Shown here: positions 15,794 through 30,172 of the stretch, one piece after another | How the letters are laid out: each line of letters begins with the position of its first letter | Numbering within the stretch: the stretch's first letter is position 1 | Source: the human T2T-CHM13v2.0 reference genome, Homo sapiens | NCBI RefSeq assembly: GCF_009914755.1 | Contig: NC_060947.1 | Direction: 5' to 3' (one strand) | DNA: 64,000 nt | Program-made: the position numbers and the translations under genes | Notes under the pieces: model-generated | Databases searched by the model: none | Told to the model about the DNA's origin: nothing | Seen by the model: the letters and a program-made list of their open reading frames with translations, nothing else

Positions 15794-16216
15794 AAGAGAA
15801 AACCCCCTGTATGGCTAGAGGAGGTGGTGTTTGATTTGCATAGGGCCCAGGGGATTGGTTTGACCAGGTGTGTCACTTACGTAGCCCATGAAAAACTTGG
15901 CCTTCCCAATTTAGCCCTTTAATAGGCAAATGCAGGCCACCTTGATATTTTGAACACATGATGTTATTTGGAGGTGGCCATCACACTTGGCACAGGTGGT
16001 GACAAGGAGAAGATGGCAGTAATCACCATATTGAGTGAACCTAGTTTCTAATGCCAGGCATTTGCATATCAATGCTTCCCAGTCTGGCCCTTTAAGCCGC
16101 CTCTTCTGTTAGAGAAGAGATGGTTCAGGGATTGTTTCTTATTACAGGAAAATTTCCACTGAGAACCTTTACCCTTACTATCTGCCTAAAATAATTTCTT
16201 AATAACTCCTGTATTA
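15794..16216 (-). repeat. 5' LTR of provirus (R/U5 end deleted)
   Basis: Matches 10322-10771 only. Confidence 0.9.
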
Positions 16217-18700
16217 ATACGTTTCCAGGAATTTATCAATTTCTTCTGGGTTTTCTAGTTTCTGTGCATAGAGGTATTCACAATAGCCTCTGAGGGTTTA
16301 TTTGTATTTCTATGGGGTCAGTGGTAATGTCTCCTTTGTCATTTCTGATTTTGTTTATTTGGATGCTCTTTTTTTCTTTATTAGTCTAGCTAGTGGTCTA
16401 TCAATCTTATTTATCCTTTTGAAGAACCAACTTTTGATTTCATTGATCTTTTGTATTTTTTTATATCTTAATTTCATTAACTTCAGCTCTGATTTTATTT
16501 CTTTTCTCCTGCTAGTTTTGGGGTTGCTTTGCTCTTGTTTTTCTAGTTACTCTAGGTGTGATGTTACATTATTAATTTGGGATCTTTCCAACTTTTTGAT
16601 ATAAGCATTTAGCGCTATAAACTTTCCTCTTAACATTGCTTTAGCTGTGTGCCAGAAATTTTGGTATGTTGTGTCTTTGTTTTCATTAGTTTTAAAGAAT
16701 ATTTTTATTTCTACCTTAGTTTCATTCATTACCCAAAAGTCATTCAGGAGTAGGTTGTTTAATTTCTATACCATTGCATGGTTTTGAGGGATGTTCTTGG
16801 TATAGATTTTTATTTTTATTACATTGTAGTACAAGAATGTGTTTGGTGTTCTTTTAGGTTTTTGAATTTTTTGATAATTGCTTTATGGTCTATTGTCTAG
16901 TCAATTTCAGAGTATGTGCCATGTGGAGATGAGACGAATGTATATTCTGTTTTGTTATATGCAGTGTTCTGTAGATGTATGTTATATGTCAAGTTTAGGT
17001 CCCAAATATCTTTGTTAGTTTTCTGTTTCAGTTATCTGTCTAGTATAGTCAGTGGGGTGTTGAAGTCTCCAACTCTTATTGTGTGGTAATCTAAGTTTCT
17101 TCATAGGTCTCTAAGAACTTGTTTTATAAATCTGAGTACTCTAGTGTTGAGTGTATATATATTTAGAATAGTTAAGTCTTCTTGTTTAACTGAACACTTT
17201 ATCTCAATTTAATGCCCTTTTTTGTCTTTTTTGATTGTTGTTAGTTTAAAATCTGTTTTGTGTGAAATAAGAATAGCAAACCTTGCTTTTTTTTGTTTTC
17301 CCTTTGCTTAGTATTTTTCTCCATCTCTTTACTTTGGACCAGTGGGTGTCATTGCATGTGAGATGGGTCTTTTGAAGACAACATACAATTGGGTCTTGCT
17401 TCTTTATCCACTTGCAACTCTCTGCCTTTTAAATGGGGGAAATTTAGCCCATTTATATTCAATGTCAATATTGATAATATTCATATGTGCATATTTAATC
17501 TTGTCATCATGTTGTTAGATGATTGTTATGCAGACTTGATTTTGTCATTTCTTTATAGTGTCAATGTTCTATGTACTTAAGTATGTTTGTGTAGTGGTCG
17601 GTAATTGTCTTTCATTTCCATGTTTAGTAATCCTTTAAGGACCTCTTATAAAGCAGTTGTGGTGGTAACACAATTTCTTAGCATTTCCTTGTGTGAAAAC
17701 AATCTTATTTCTACTTCACTTATGAAGGTTAATTTTGCCATATATAAAATTCTTGGTTTGTATTTCTTTTCCTTGAGAATGCTGAATATAAGCCCCCAAT
17801 CTTTTCTAGTTTGTAAAGTTTCTGCTAAAAGGTCTGCCTTAGTCTGATAGGGTTCCCTACGTGGGTGTCTTGCCCCTTCTCTCTATCTGCCTTAAATATT
17901 TTTTTCTCTCACATTGATCTTAGAGAATCTGATGATTATGTGTCTTGTGGGTGTCCCATAGGACACTATAAAAATGACCTCTGAAATTTCCGAATTTGCA
18001 TGTTGACCTCTCTCATGAGGTTGGGAAAATTTTTGTGGGCAATATCCTTAAATATGTTTACCAAGTTGCTTGCTTTCTCCCCCTCTGTTTCAGGGTTTCC
18101 AATGAGTTGTAAGTTCAGTCTCTTTACATAATCCTATATTTCTTGGAGGTTTTGCTCATTCTTTTTTTTTTTTTGTCTGACTATGTTGATTCCAAGGAGC
18201 AGTCTTCATGCCCTGAGAATCTTTCCCCAGCTTCATCTATTCTACTCTTTGTACTTCTGATTGTATTATTAAATTCTTGTAGTAAGTTTTTCAGATCTAT
18301 CAGATCACTTTGGTTCTTCCTTTAAATGGCTATTTTGTCTTTCAGCTTTTGTATAACTTTATTGGATTTCTTAGATTCATTGAATTGGATTTCAACTTTC
18401 TCCTGAATCTTGATGATCTTCATTCCTATCCAGGTTCTGAATTCTATGTCTGTTATTTTAGCCATTTCAACCTTGTTAAAAATTATTACTGGGGAGCTAT
18501 TGCAGTCATTTGGAGGTAAGAAGCCACTCTGGCTTTTTGAATTGCCAGAATTCTTGAGCTTGTTCTTTCTCATCCGTGTCAGTTGATGTTCCTTTAATCT
18601 CTGAAGTTGCTGTCCTTTGGATAGGGGTTTTTGCTTTTATAGTCTTTGATACTCTTGAGGGTTTGACTCTGGTGTAAGTTGGGTATAGTCAACTGACTTT
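16217..18700 (-). mobile_element. L1PA16-like, 5' part (ORF2 endonuclease and ORF1)
   Basis: [33 protein letters not shown]; ORF1-like MRKNKLKNSGNSKSQS..EFRTWIGMKIIKIQ. Confidence 0.9.
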
Positions 18701-18984
18701 GTTTTGAATTAGATCTAAAAATGCCAAGTTTACTTTCTGAAGAATCCACACAGAAGAGAAAATATAATGTTGAATAATGTCTATAAATTAGTTTGTTGTC
18801 ACATCCTCCTATTAATAATCCTCCTTCTAGGAAATTGCAAACATTTTCATCTCTCTTAGATACCAAATGGAAATTCTCCATAATGATTTGCATTTGTGTA
18901 TCTCCAATTATTCTTAAATGGAAATAGATAATCACAAAGGCTTCATTCTCATCTTTATGTTAAGTAGGCTGAAGACACAGAGCT

Positions 18985-20478
18985 GGAATTGTTTTGTTAA
19001 TTCCCTTTTCAGAGTGTTCATTGTCAGTATACAGAAATACAACTGTTTTTTATGTTAATTTTGTATTCTGCAACTTTGCTGAATTCATTTATCAGTTGTA
19101 AATTTTTGTGGAATCTCTAGGATTTTCTATGGATAATGTCATTTTGTCTGCATACAGAGGAAATTTAACTTCTTCCTCTACAATTGAATTTCTTATTTTT
19201 TTCTTGCCTAATTGCCCTGGCTATGACTTAACAGTAGCATGTTGAGTAGAGGTGGCAAAAGTGCTATCCTTTTCTTGTTCCTAATCTTAGAGAAATGGCT
19301 CTTAGTCTTTCACCATTGAATGTTGGTCTTCTCATATGTGGCATTATATTGAGATAGTTTTTATCTATTCCTAGTTTTTTGAGTGTTTTTATTATTAAAG
19401 GATATTGAATTTTCCTAATGCTTTTTTCTCCATCAATTGAGATGATCATGTAGATTTTTTTTATTCTGTTAATGTGGTATATTACATTGATTGATTTTCA
19501 TATGGTAAACCAACCTTGCACTTGCATTCCAGAAATAAATCCCATTTGGTGACGGTGTATAATTCTTTTAATAAATTACAGAATTTGTTTTGCTAGTAGT
19601 ATGTTGATAATTTTTGCATCATAATTCATGAGAGATAATTATCTTTATTTTTCTTTTCTTGTAGTGTGTTTGTCTGTCTTTTGTATAAAGGTAATGCTGG
19701 CCTTATGGAATGAGTTTAGAAACGTTCACACTTTTTCAATTTTTTGGAAGAGTTTTACAAAGATTGGTGTTAATTCTTCTTGAAATGCTTGGTAGAATTC
19801 TCGCGTGAAACCATTTGGTCCCGTGTGCCTTTCTTTATTGGAAGGTCTTGATTTATTATTTTTATTTATTTTTTAATTTTAATTTTACTTTCTAGAAGCA
19901 GAGTCTTACTCTGTTGCCCAGGCTGGAGTGCAACATTATGATCATATCTCACCATAGCCTCAATTTCCTGGGCTCAAGTGATCCTTCCACCTTGGCCTCC
20001 CAAAATTCTTGGATTACAGGCATAAGCCACTGTGCCCAGGCTTTTGGAAAGTTTTGATTACTCATTCAGTCTCTTTACTCATCATAGACATGTTTAGATG
20101 TTTTATTTCTTCATTATTTCATCTTGATATTTTGTGTGTTTCCAGGAATTTGCCCATTTCAGTTTATCCAGTTTGTTAACATGCCATCATTCATAGTAAT
20201 TTGTTATAATCTTTTTTATTTTTTTAAATAATCAGTTGTAATGACCCATTTTTTATTTCTAATTTTAATTGTGTCTCCTCTTTTTTTAATTGGTAAATCT
20301 GGTAAAAGTTTTGTGAATTTTGTTAATGTTTGTGAAAAACAAAATCTTAAGTTCTGTTGATTTTCTCTATTGTTTTTCTCTTCTCTGTTTTTCTCTACTT
20401 TAATATTTAGTATTTCTTTTCTTCTGATAGCTTTGGGTTTAGTTTGTTGTTTTTCTAGTTCTTTAAGATGTAAAGTTA
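18985..20478 (-). mobile_element. Old L1M ORF2 fragment
   Basis: MIISIDGEKSIRKIQYPLIIKTLKKLGID and LTLHLKELEKQQTKPKAIRRKEI. Confidence 0.85.
19854..20041 (-). mobile_element. Monomeric Alu (FRAM-like or arm-recombined AluJ)
   Basis: Single arm; degenerate TSD ttggaaggtcttgatt / ttggaaagttttgatt. Confidence 0.85.
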
Positions 20479-22515
20479 GGTTAGAAACAAGGCAAGGATA
20501 TCTGCTCTCACCACAGCTATTCAACATCATGCATGTATTCCTAGCTGATGCAAAATATGAGTAAAGAAAATGAAAGATGTACTGATTGGAAAGAAAAAAA
20601 ATGAAACCGTCTTTTCATGGGTGACATTATATTTACATTTAAAAATGCCAAAAAATCAACAACAACAAAACCCTCTTAGCTAATAAGTGATTTAACAAGG
20701 TTGCAGGACACAAGGTTATTATATAAAAGTCCATTGCTTTTTTAAATATCAACAATGAACAATTGTAATTTGAAGTTTAAAAATATATTACTTATTTTAG
20801 CTTCAAAAATTGAAATAGTTACAAATCTAATAAAATATTTATAGAGTTTATATAAGGAAAACTATAAGTCTCTAATGACAGAAATCCAAGAAGATCTAAG
20901 TCAATGGAGAAGTATTTTATGTTCATGTATAGGAAGACTCAATATTGTGAAGATTTCAGTTCTTTCCAAATTGCTCTATAGATTCAACTCAATCCCAATA
21001 AAAATCTGGTAAATTATTTTGTGGATATCAAGAAACTGATTCTGACATTTATAAGGATAGACAAAGGACAGAGAATAGCCACTACAATATTGGAGAAGAA
21101 CAAAGTTGGAGATTCCACACTACCCAACTTAAAAATTTACAACAAAGCTATAATAATGAAGATATAATAGCATAGTGTTGGTGAAATAATAGACAACTCT
21201 ATCAGTGGAGTAGAATATAGAACCTATAAATAAACACATGCAAATATAGTCAACTGATCTTTGATAAAGAAGGGCAATTAGTAAAGGAAAATGATAGTCT
21301 TTTAAACAAATGGTGCTAGAAAATCTGAATATTCATGTGCAAAATGGCAATGCAACTAGGCATAAATCTTACAGCTTTCACAAAAGTTAACTTATACCTA
21401 CTATCAACCTAAATGTAAAACACAAAACTGTAAAATTCCTGGAATGTAACAGGAGAAAATATAGGTGACCTTCAGTTTGGTAATGACCCCTTAAATACAA
21501 CAGCAAAAGCACAGCCTATGCAAACAAACAAGTGATAAATTGGTATTCCTTAAAATTGAAAACTTCTGCCCTGAAAAAGACATGGTTAAGAGACTGAAAA
21601 GACAAAGTACAGACTGGAAGAAAAAATTTTAAAACACAAATATATTAAAGGACTGATATCCAAAATATGCTAAGAACTCTTAAATTTTAACAATAAGAAA
21701 AACAATTAAAAAATGGGGAAACGATCTGAAGAGATACAGCACCAAGAATGATATACAAATAGCAAATAAGCATATGAAAAGATGTTCAAGGTCACATGTC
21801 ATAGAGAATTGCAAATTAAAACAACAATAAGATACCAGTACATACCTATTAGAATGGTTAAAATTTAAAGTCCTGACAACAGGAAATCATGGTGAGAATG
21901 TGGAGCAAGAAGACCTCTCATTCATTGCTGGTGGAAATGCAAAATAATACAGCTGCTTTTGAAGACAGTTTGAACACAATTTGTCCTATAAATGTTTATA
22001 AAAGCTTAATTCATAGTTGCCGGAACTTGGAAGTAATGAAGATGCCACAGGGTGCCTATACATTTGGCCAAACATAATCCCTGGTGTGTCTGTGAGGATA
22101 TTTCTGAATGAGATTAACATATGAATAGGTAAACTGAGTAAAAGAGATAACCCTCCCTGATGTGAGTGGGCTTTATTCAATCAACTGAAAACCTGAATAT
22201 AATAAAAAGCTGAGTAAGAGGGAACTCCTCCTTGCTGACTGGCTAAGCTGGGGGTGTTGGTCTTTTCAAACTAAAACATTGGCTCTTTTGGGGTATTGAG
22301 CCTCTGAGCTTTTGGGCTGAAAATTATGCCTTTGGCTCTCCTGGTTCTCAGGCCTTTGGACTCAGACTAGATATACACATAGGCTCTACTGGATCTCCAA
22401 CTTTCTTACAAGATCTTGAGACTTCTCACCCTTCATAACATAATCATCATGTGAGCCACTTTCTTATAATAATATCTCCTTCTCTTTCCCCCTCCATCTC
22501 TCCCGCTCTCTCTTT

Positions 22516-22554
<39 letters not shown>

Positions 22555-23210
22555 TATATGCATCCTATTTTTTCTGTTTCTCTGGAGAAGCCTGATTAAT
22601 ATACCACAGAATAATCTGCACATGAATATTTATAGCAGCTTTATTAATAATTTCTAAAACTTGGAAGTAACTATGACATTTTTCAATAGGTGAATATATA
22701 AGCAGTGGTACCTGCAGACAATAAATATTATTCAGTGATAAAAAAAGAAATGAGCTATGAAGCCATGAAATTATATGGAGGAGACTTAAATGCATATTGC
22801 TATGTGAAAGAGCCAATTTGAAAAGGCCACATACTGTATAACTAAATGCGATAATGTAAAAGACAAAACTACAGAAACAGTAAAAAGATCAGTGGTTGCA
22901 GGGGTTCAGAAGGATGGAGAGAGAGATGAATATGTCGAGGGATTTTTAGTGCAGTGACATTATTATATATAAAACTGTAGTGGTAGACGTATGTTATTAT
23001 ACATTTGTGAAAAACCTTACAATATACAACATAGAGTGAGACCTAGTGTAAATTATAGATTTTCATTAATAATATTTCAATATTGGTTCATTAATTATAC
23101 AAATATTTCATACTAATGCAGTATGTTAATAATAGGAGAAACTAGGGGAGGTGGGAAGGAGGAATATGGGAACTCCTTGTACTTTCCACACAAGATTTTC
23201 ATAAAACTGT
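20479..23210 (+). mobile_element. L1MC-like ORF2 3' half and 3'UTR, split by MLT2
   Basis: ETRQGYLLSPQLFNI at start; L1MC-type 3'UTR (gaaaaggccacatactgtat..cagtaaaaagatcagtggttgc). Confidence 0.8.
22046..22603 (+). mobile_element. MLT2 (B/C/D) ERVL LTR, 5'-truncated, containing (CA)n at 22518-22552
   Basis: gtgtgtctgtgaggatatttctgaatgagattaacat...ttctgtttctctggagaagcctgattaatat. Confidence 0.85.
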
Positions 23211-23259
23211 CTTGTCAAACAGGCACAAGTATGTGTAGAATTCAAAAGATGAATATTAA

Positions 23260-23490
23260 TATACAAATACAATTAAAAAGATGGAAAAGGACATATCATG
23301 CAAACAATAGTCATAAGGGAATTACAGTGGCTATATTTGTATTAGACAAAGTAGACTTCAAAACATAGAATATTACCAGAGATAAAGAAGGGTGTTTCAA
23401 AGTGCTTAGAGGATTAAACAATCAAGAAAACATGATAATCCTAAATGTGTACACAACCAATTAAAGAGCTAAAAATATATAAATAAGATT
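23260..23490 (+). mobile_element. L1M ORF2 endonuclease fragment
   Basis: WKRTYHANNSHKGITVAIFVLDKVDFKT. Confidence 0.75.
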
Positions 23491-24186
23491 TAAAGAATAT
23501 TCTCAATAACTTTTAATTGACATTTAAAGGGCACACCAAAATGGACATATTACATTTTTAATTTCTACACTGTTATAGATTTAATTTTTCTAGGCATAAC
23601 CTACAAGAATAAGCGTTTTTTTTTAAATGAATTTCAATTTATCAGTTCATGCTTAGCTTCATTTACCACTTTGTGTGTAGGGAGACATATAACATATAAC
23701 CGTCCTTAAGAACATAGAAAAACATTCTCTAATAACAGCAGTAACAGGCCAATAAAGAATAGCAGCAACACTGATCTATGAAATGAAAACATGTTTATGT
23801 ACAAGTTTACCAACATTTCCATTTGGCTTCTTTTTGATTATTATCTTGAACAATTTTAACTACGAAAATGGGTGCAATGTCTACTTACCCAATTGTTTTC
23901 TTTTTAAGCTACAGTCTTTACAACTATAAAGCAGAATATAAGAACATGATAATTTAGGCAATATAATTTTAATCTTCTCAATCTTTGGCAAAAACTTACT
24001 TTATATCTATAAATGTTCTTTCTGTTGTCTGGATATATTTAACTTTGGTAGATCAAAATATGTTAAAATCCCTTACTTAAAGGTTAAATAAGATGAAAGT
24101 ATGACCGAAAATTATTTTCTTCTATGTAACTATTTTTGTTTAATATTAAGATTATTTTGAGGCACTTTAGAAATTTAGAGCATGTA

Positions 24187-24302
24187 TCTCTTCCTCCTTC
24201 CACCTCTCTTTTTCTTCCTCACTCCCCCTCCTTCTCTCATTTTTTCTCCTTCCTCCTTCCCTCCTTTCTTTCGCCTCTTCCTTTCTTTCTTCCTTCCTTT
24301 TA
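24187..24302. repeat. CT-rich low-complexity tract
   Basis: Almost pure pyrimidine run. Confidence 0.85.
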
Positions 24303-25442
24303 TCCTGGCTTCAACTAAAATAGTTAAGCCTCCCTCTTTTCAAATTTCAAGCTTTTTTTTTCCAGTACCCTCACTTTTGGAGTGAAGATACTTTTATTCC
24401 AATAACCCATATTATATAATTTTCTAATATTGTTTTCTAGTGGCATTTTAAGCTGGAGGCAGTAGCAAAGTAAATAAAAGATCTAAGATATATTTAAGTG
24501 CCTAATACATACATGGGACATTGACAGAAACTTCTAGAAACCTAAAATAAAAACAATATGTCCACATCTAAAAAAATTAACCAAGTGAGGATTTCATTAC
24601 AATGCTTGCTCAGAATGACATTATGTGACACACAGAAGTTACTGCAGTACTTCTTATTTAAGGATAATTGGGTAGTAGGTCAGTGGTAATCCTTTAACAA
24701 CTTATTAATCTATTCAGGAAAATTCTTCTACTACAATGTTGTGTGGAGATCGTGGGATGAGCCTAGCTACATGACAGTTGCTGACAGGATACTTGCAGAA
24801 GATATTTCAACTTTCTCATTAAAAAACCTAAATTATTAGCTTCATGGTATAGGCAAATAATACATTCCAAGAGTAGTTACATAATAGAAATGCAAAGTGA
24901 TAAAGGTACTTTCTATTAAATTGTTGACCAGAAGTTGATGTAAGTGCTTTCATTTACTTGTATTTAGTATTAAAATTTTGACTTTTGTATGATTGATTTG
25001 TTTTAAGGTTAACTATTCCATACAGAGCAGGTATTCAATAAATAATGTTGACTGACAGGTGGTTAAATGCTAGAATGTGCTTCATCTTTACAGGCAAATA
25101 GACACCTGATGATTGATTATAGTCAAACATCCTTTAAAATATACTTTGCACATGTTTCAGACTAATTACTTGCTAAATTTAATTCTGAATTTAAAATGCT
25201 TTATAACTATCATTAATTAATCTGTTTTAGTTTTTATTATGGCATTGCTGAAGCCAAACTGGTTAAAATGTTTTAGTGCTACACTATTTGCAGTTTAAAA
25301 TTCTATTTTTAAGGCTTGTAAAGATATACAAGGTAGTTTTTCTTCTGCTATTGCTGTAGTAAATTCCAGGAGAGTAAATCTAAAAGATTGCTGCTTAATT
25401 ATTAATGAAAAAATCAATGGATTCTATCTTCATTCCTTTTAG

Positions 25443-25468
25443 CTCATGAAGTCAGATTTTCTCAAAAG
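25443..25468 (+). other. Candidate 26-nt exon (unassigned)
   Basis: tctatcttcattccttttAG|CTCATGAAGTCAGATTTTCTCAAAAG|GTaagt in unique DNA. Confidence 0.35.
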
Positions 25469-25750
25469 GTAAGTTAAGTTAGTGTTGGATAACTCTAATC
25501 TTTATTTTTTCCCAACATGGCAATAACTCTTTCAGTCCCCTACTCTTTAAAACAATAGGAATCTATTAACTCCATATCGTGAAGATAATTCACGTGCATG
25601 TAAATGTCCTCATTTAAATATTTCACTTCATTTCTTCTAGTATGTAGGATTCAGAGAAATTAGGTTATTTAGAAATAAACCTATGCTAGTGCCTCAGTTA
25701 TGGTTATCCAAATTAAAAAATAGATTGGACAAAAAGGTTAAAATGAGTGA

Positions 25751-26104
<354 letters not shown>

Positions 26105-27323
26105 TAACACTCAATGGCATCTTTTATTCAGACATTTTAATGATTCACAACTAGGTGATTAGAGATTAAAAAGTACCTTGAAAGAATAATTTATTTTAAT
26201 TCATGAATTTAATAATATTTTATTTAAATAAAACATCTCCCAAATGAATGGTCAGTTCAGATCAGCTTCCAAGCTGATATTAGAATAATAATATTACAAC
26301 AAAACATGGAAAATTTAGTAAAACAATTAAAAGGCTGTACATTTAATGCTCATATGGTGGGGTTTTGAATATAATTGAATGAATATTTGTTAAGGTAATA
26401 TGTGACACATTCTGATACATTGTTTTCATTTACCATAAACTAGTGACACTATTTTTTGCAGAGGTAAATAAAACTTTACCTGAAATTCCCTTTTGTGACA
26501 CCAGATGGTGCTTCCATTTATGAATCGGTTCTAAAGAAAGAATTTTTTGGAAAATGCTACGCAATAAGAGCAATAAAATAAAGTTTTAGATAATCTAACT
26601 ACTACCCTCCTCTCTACCTCTACATTTAACAAATTAAGAGGTTCTAAAAAGTTTAATGACAAGTGACGTTCCCAAAATTCCTCAGGTTTTTCATGACAGA
26701 TGTGGGCAGGAACGCAAGGATCCTGGCACTGAATTCTTTGAATTAGTTTTCATTATTTTGTACTAAAATTCTGTGACTTTACTCATAGTTCAAGAGAAGT
26801 ATTTATGCAATATGCAATACTGAGCTGCCCTGTGTAGGGGAGTGTGTGTGTGATTACAAAAAACATCTTAAGTCAGTTCCTTCCATTGTAATATCAACCT
26901 CATGTTAACAAATTCAATAATATTTAAATATTTTTAAAACTCTTATATCATCTCAAAGGATTTTTTTTCACCAAAGTTTGGCACATTTGGTAGAATTCTA
27001 TTTACTAAAATAACTTGGTTGGAATATATTTACTTCTGAAAATATTTGCAGTAAGAACTTAGAAATTGCCATGCAAGATTCGAATTATTCTATATACTGT
27101 CAAAACTCTCTGTTGTCCCAATGGAGACATCCGATAGAGATCTTGGAGGAAATATTATGAGAGGAGATATCATTCTTTCACTGATTATCATTTTTAAAAG
27201 TAAGAGATGTAGCCTTAAACACAATAGTTCATCATTCTCTCTTAATGTGACTTTCTTAAATTTATCCATGTAATGATTTTTTGTATTTTTTATCTGCATT
27301 ATCTCTCATAATCACAATTGCAG

Positions 27324-27358
27324 TGCATCTGGAAAATATGAAAAATTGATAAATCCAG
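27324..27358 (+). other. Candidate 35-nt exon (unassigned)
   Basis: ..ttgcAG|TGCATCTGGAAAATATGAAAAATTGATAAATCCAG|GTaaga. Confidence 0.25.
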
Positions 27359-27394
27359 GTAAGACAGTCATTCATTATTCGAGAATGTTGAGAA

Positions 27395-27530
27395 AGAGAT
27401 TCAATGAAATTCCTGCCGAAATCCCAACAACCTTTTTTCTATTTTTTCAGAAATAGAAAATTAATTCAGAAATTCATGTGAAATCTGAAGGGACCCTAAA
27501 TAGGCAAAATAATCTTTTATAAAAAGAGCA
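27395..27530 (+). mobile_element. L1M ORF2 fragment
   Basis: agattcaatgaaattcctgccgaaatcccaaca..aaattcatgtgaaat. Confidence 0.7.
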
Positions 27531-28245
27531 ATGCCATTTTTTAAAAAAGATGATGGATCAGTTTGTTTTCTTCAGTCACAAACATTAGAAGATGCCTAGT
27601 TAGCAAGTTAGCATAAGCAAAAATTAGAAGGGGTATGAAGAATGTGAAAAAGGTAAAGGAACTACTGAAAAGTCAGCATGGAAGGGGCAGAAACTATGGA
27701 TGCTCTGGAGTTCAAGATAGCAGGAAGTACTTCTTGATCTCATCTTGAATACCACAGCTGGAATGAAACAGCTCCAAATTTCGTTGGCATTATCTTTGCA
27801 TCACTTATTTTTTGAGATTCAGAATACCAGGAAACAGATCCTAATTGATCTGGTTGAGGTCATGAGTCTATTTATGGCTAAAAGGGAGTAGAGAATTATA
27901 GTTGTAATAAGACCACATTAGATTTGACCTCAAAAAACTTGGGGCACAATAACTAGAAAATAAAACAGCAAAAATCAAGAGATGGACATCTTCAAAGATA
28001 TAACCAGGATGCTTTATTGCTAATGTTTTACATTTGTTTATATATCAATTAATTACTGATACAGCAGAAAATATTTCTGTGTATTTCAGAGATACTTCTC
28101 ATGCAGACTATTGACTAGAGATTTGTATGTTGAAAAAAATTATTGTTGCTAAATCAATATATACTTTCCATATTCATGGCATTCATAATATTTACGGATG
28201 GTCTATTCTATGGCTTGCACTATATGAAATGTAAGTATACAATGA

Positions 28246-28655
<410 letters not shown>

Positions 28656-28680
28656 CTGTTTTATTCTTCTCAAATTTTTT

Positions 28681-28792
28681 CCTTCCACCCTTCCTCCCTT
28701 CCTCCTCCTCTCCTTTTTTCTCCTCCTCCTCCTCTTCTCCTCCTCCTCCTCTTCTCCTCCTCCTCCCCCTCTTCCTCCTCCTCCTCTTTTCT
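28681..28792. repeat. (CCT)n-rich simple repeat
   Basis: Degenerate CCT/CTT array. Confidence 0.9.
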
Positions 28793-29049
28793 CTCATATA
28801 TTTAATAACACCATTTAAAAAAAAAAAAAGGTTTAATAGATGCCTGATATTTCCCAGGCACTAGGACCTATGATGAATAAACAAATTTAAAAATTGACAA
28901 ATTTTTTGCTCCCATGGAATTTACATTTTAGTGGTAGGGTCAAATCATATAAACAAACAAGTAATATAAGTTCAAATAATGATAAATACTCTGTAGGAAA
29001 TAAAGATATCATAATAATGTAGATGATATCTAGAGAGAAGGAGCATTTT

Positions 29050-30172
29050 AAGAGCTCATTTGCAGCTTGACCTCAACTGCTAGAGTTACTCTAAGCTCTC
29101 TGCTGTACCTTGATTATATTTTCACACTCTCCTGGTCAGTCTCATTCACTCATGGGTGTTTAGTTTTTATCATTAGGCTGACAACACCATGTTATTTCTC
29201 TAGTCCACATTTTTCTTGCCTTAGAGATGCACTTACTTACTTCAGACAACCCCATTTCCTTGTTTGACTGACCCATGAAAATTGTCATGTTCAAAAGTGA
29301 GATCATCATATTGACTCCCATAATTTGCCTCCCAACCCTATGTTTCTAGCTTAGTGAATGGCATCCCCATGTAATTAATTGCTGAAGGCGGATCTTTGGA
29401 AAGCATATTTGATTTCTATCTTGATTCGTTCTCCACATTTAATAAATTACCAAGTCGTATATTTCAAGTTTTATATGAATCTTTTTGCTTATCTCCATCT
29501 TCACTGTCAACTCCAAAGTTGAGCCCATGGTTAATGCTCATTTGAATTAATTATTGCTACAGCTTTTTAACTAATCTTTATCCATCTGGTACATTTTCCA
29601 CCATTTGCCACAATTCAGGTTAAGAGAGCTTTTATGTATACAATTTGAATAATGCCATTGGCCTGCTCAAAATATTTTAATGACTAACTTTTTCCATAAT
29701 AAATCTCTAAACCTTTAGGTTTATTCCATCATTCTCTGTCTATTGCTTACCCTTCTTAATACCATTTTTGCCAATCCCTCCAATTACAATGTATATTACA
29801 AGTCCTCAAATATGTTATTTCCCCTCAAGTCTTTGATACATGCTGCTCCCATTTCCATTAAAAAATATCTCACTGTATCCCATTTCTTTATTACCATCAT
29901 CCCAGCCTTCAGCTCAGTACTTAGACCTAATCTCTTCTCAACTATTGGATTTTATTTTAGATTTCACTTCCTCTGAGAGGCCTTTTTTTTACTTTTGATG
30001 CCACGGGAATGTGCTCCTGCCTTCTGTTCCCATCACATTTTGTAGTTTTCCCTTCATAGCAACTTAGTTGATTTTCTCTAGGTTTGTTGAGAGCAAGAAA
30101 TGTGTCTATTTCTTTTTCCTTGTTGTATACTCACTCATCCCAGTCCCTTGCTTAGAGTAAGTATTCAAAAAA
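29050..30172 (+). mobile_element. L2 3' region (degenerate)
   Basis: L2-like motifs (catgttcaaaagtga, gtgaatggcatcccc; end gagtaagtattcaaaaaa). Confidence 0.6.

Noticed and set aside
24716-24840. Open frames GKFFYYNVVWRSWDEPSYM... (+) and FFNEKVEISSASILSATVM* (-) as exons
   Set aside because: Weak splice signals and unrecognised peptides; such lengths are expected by chance.
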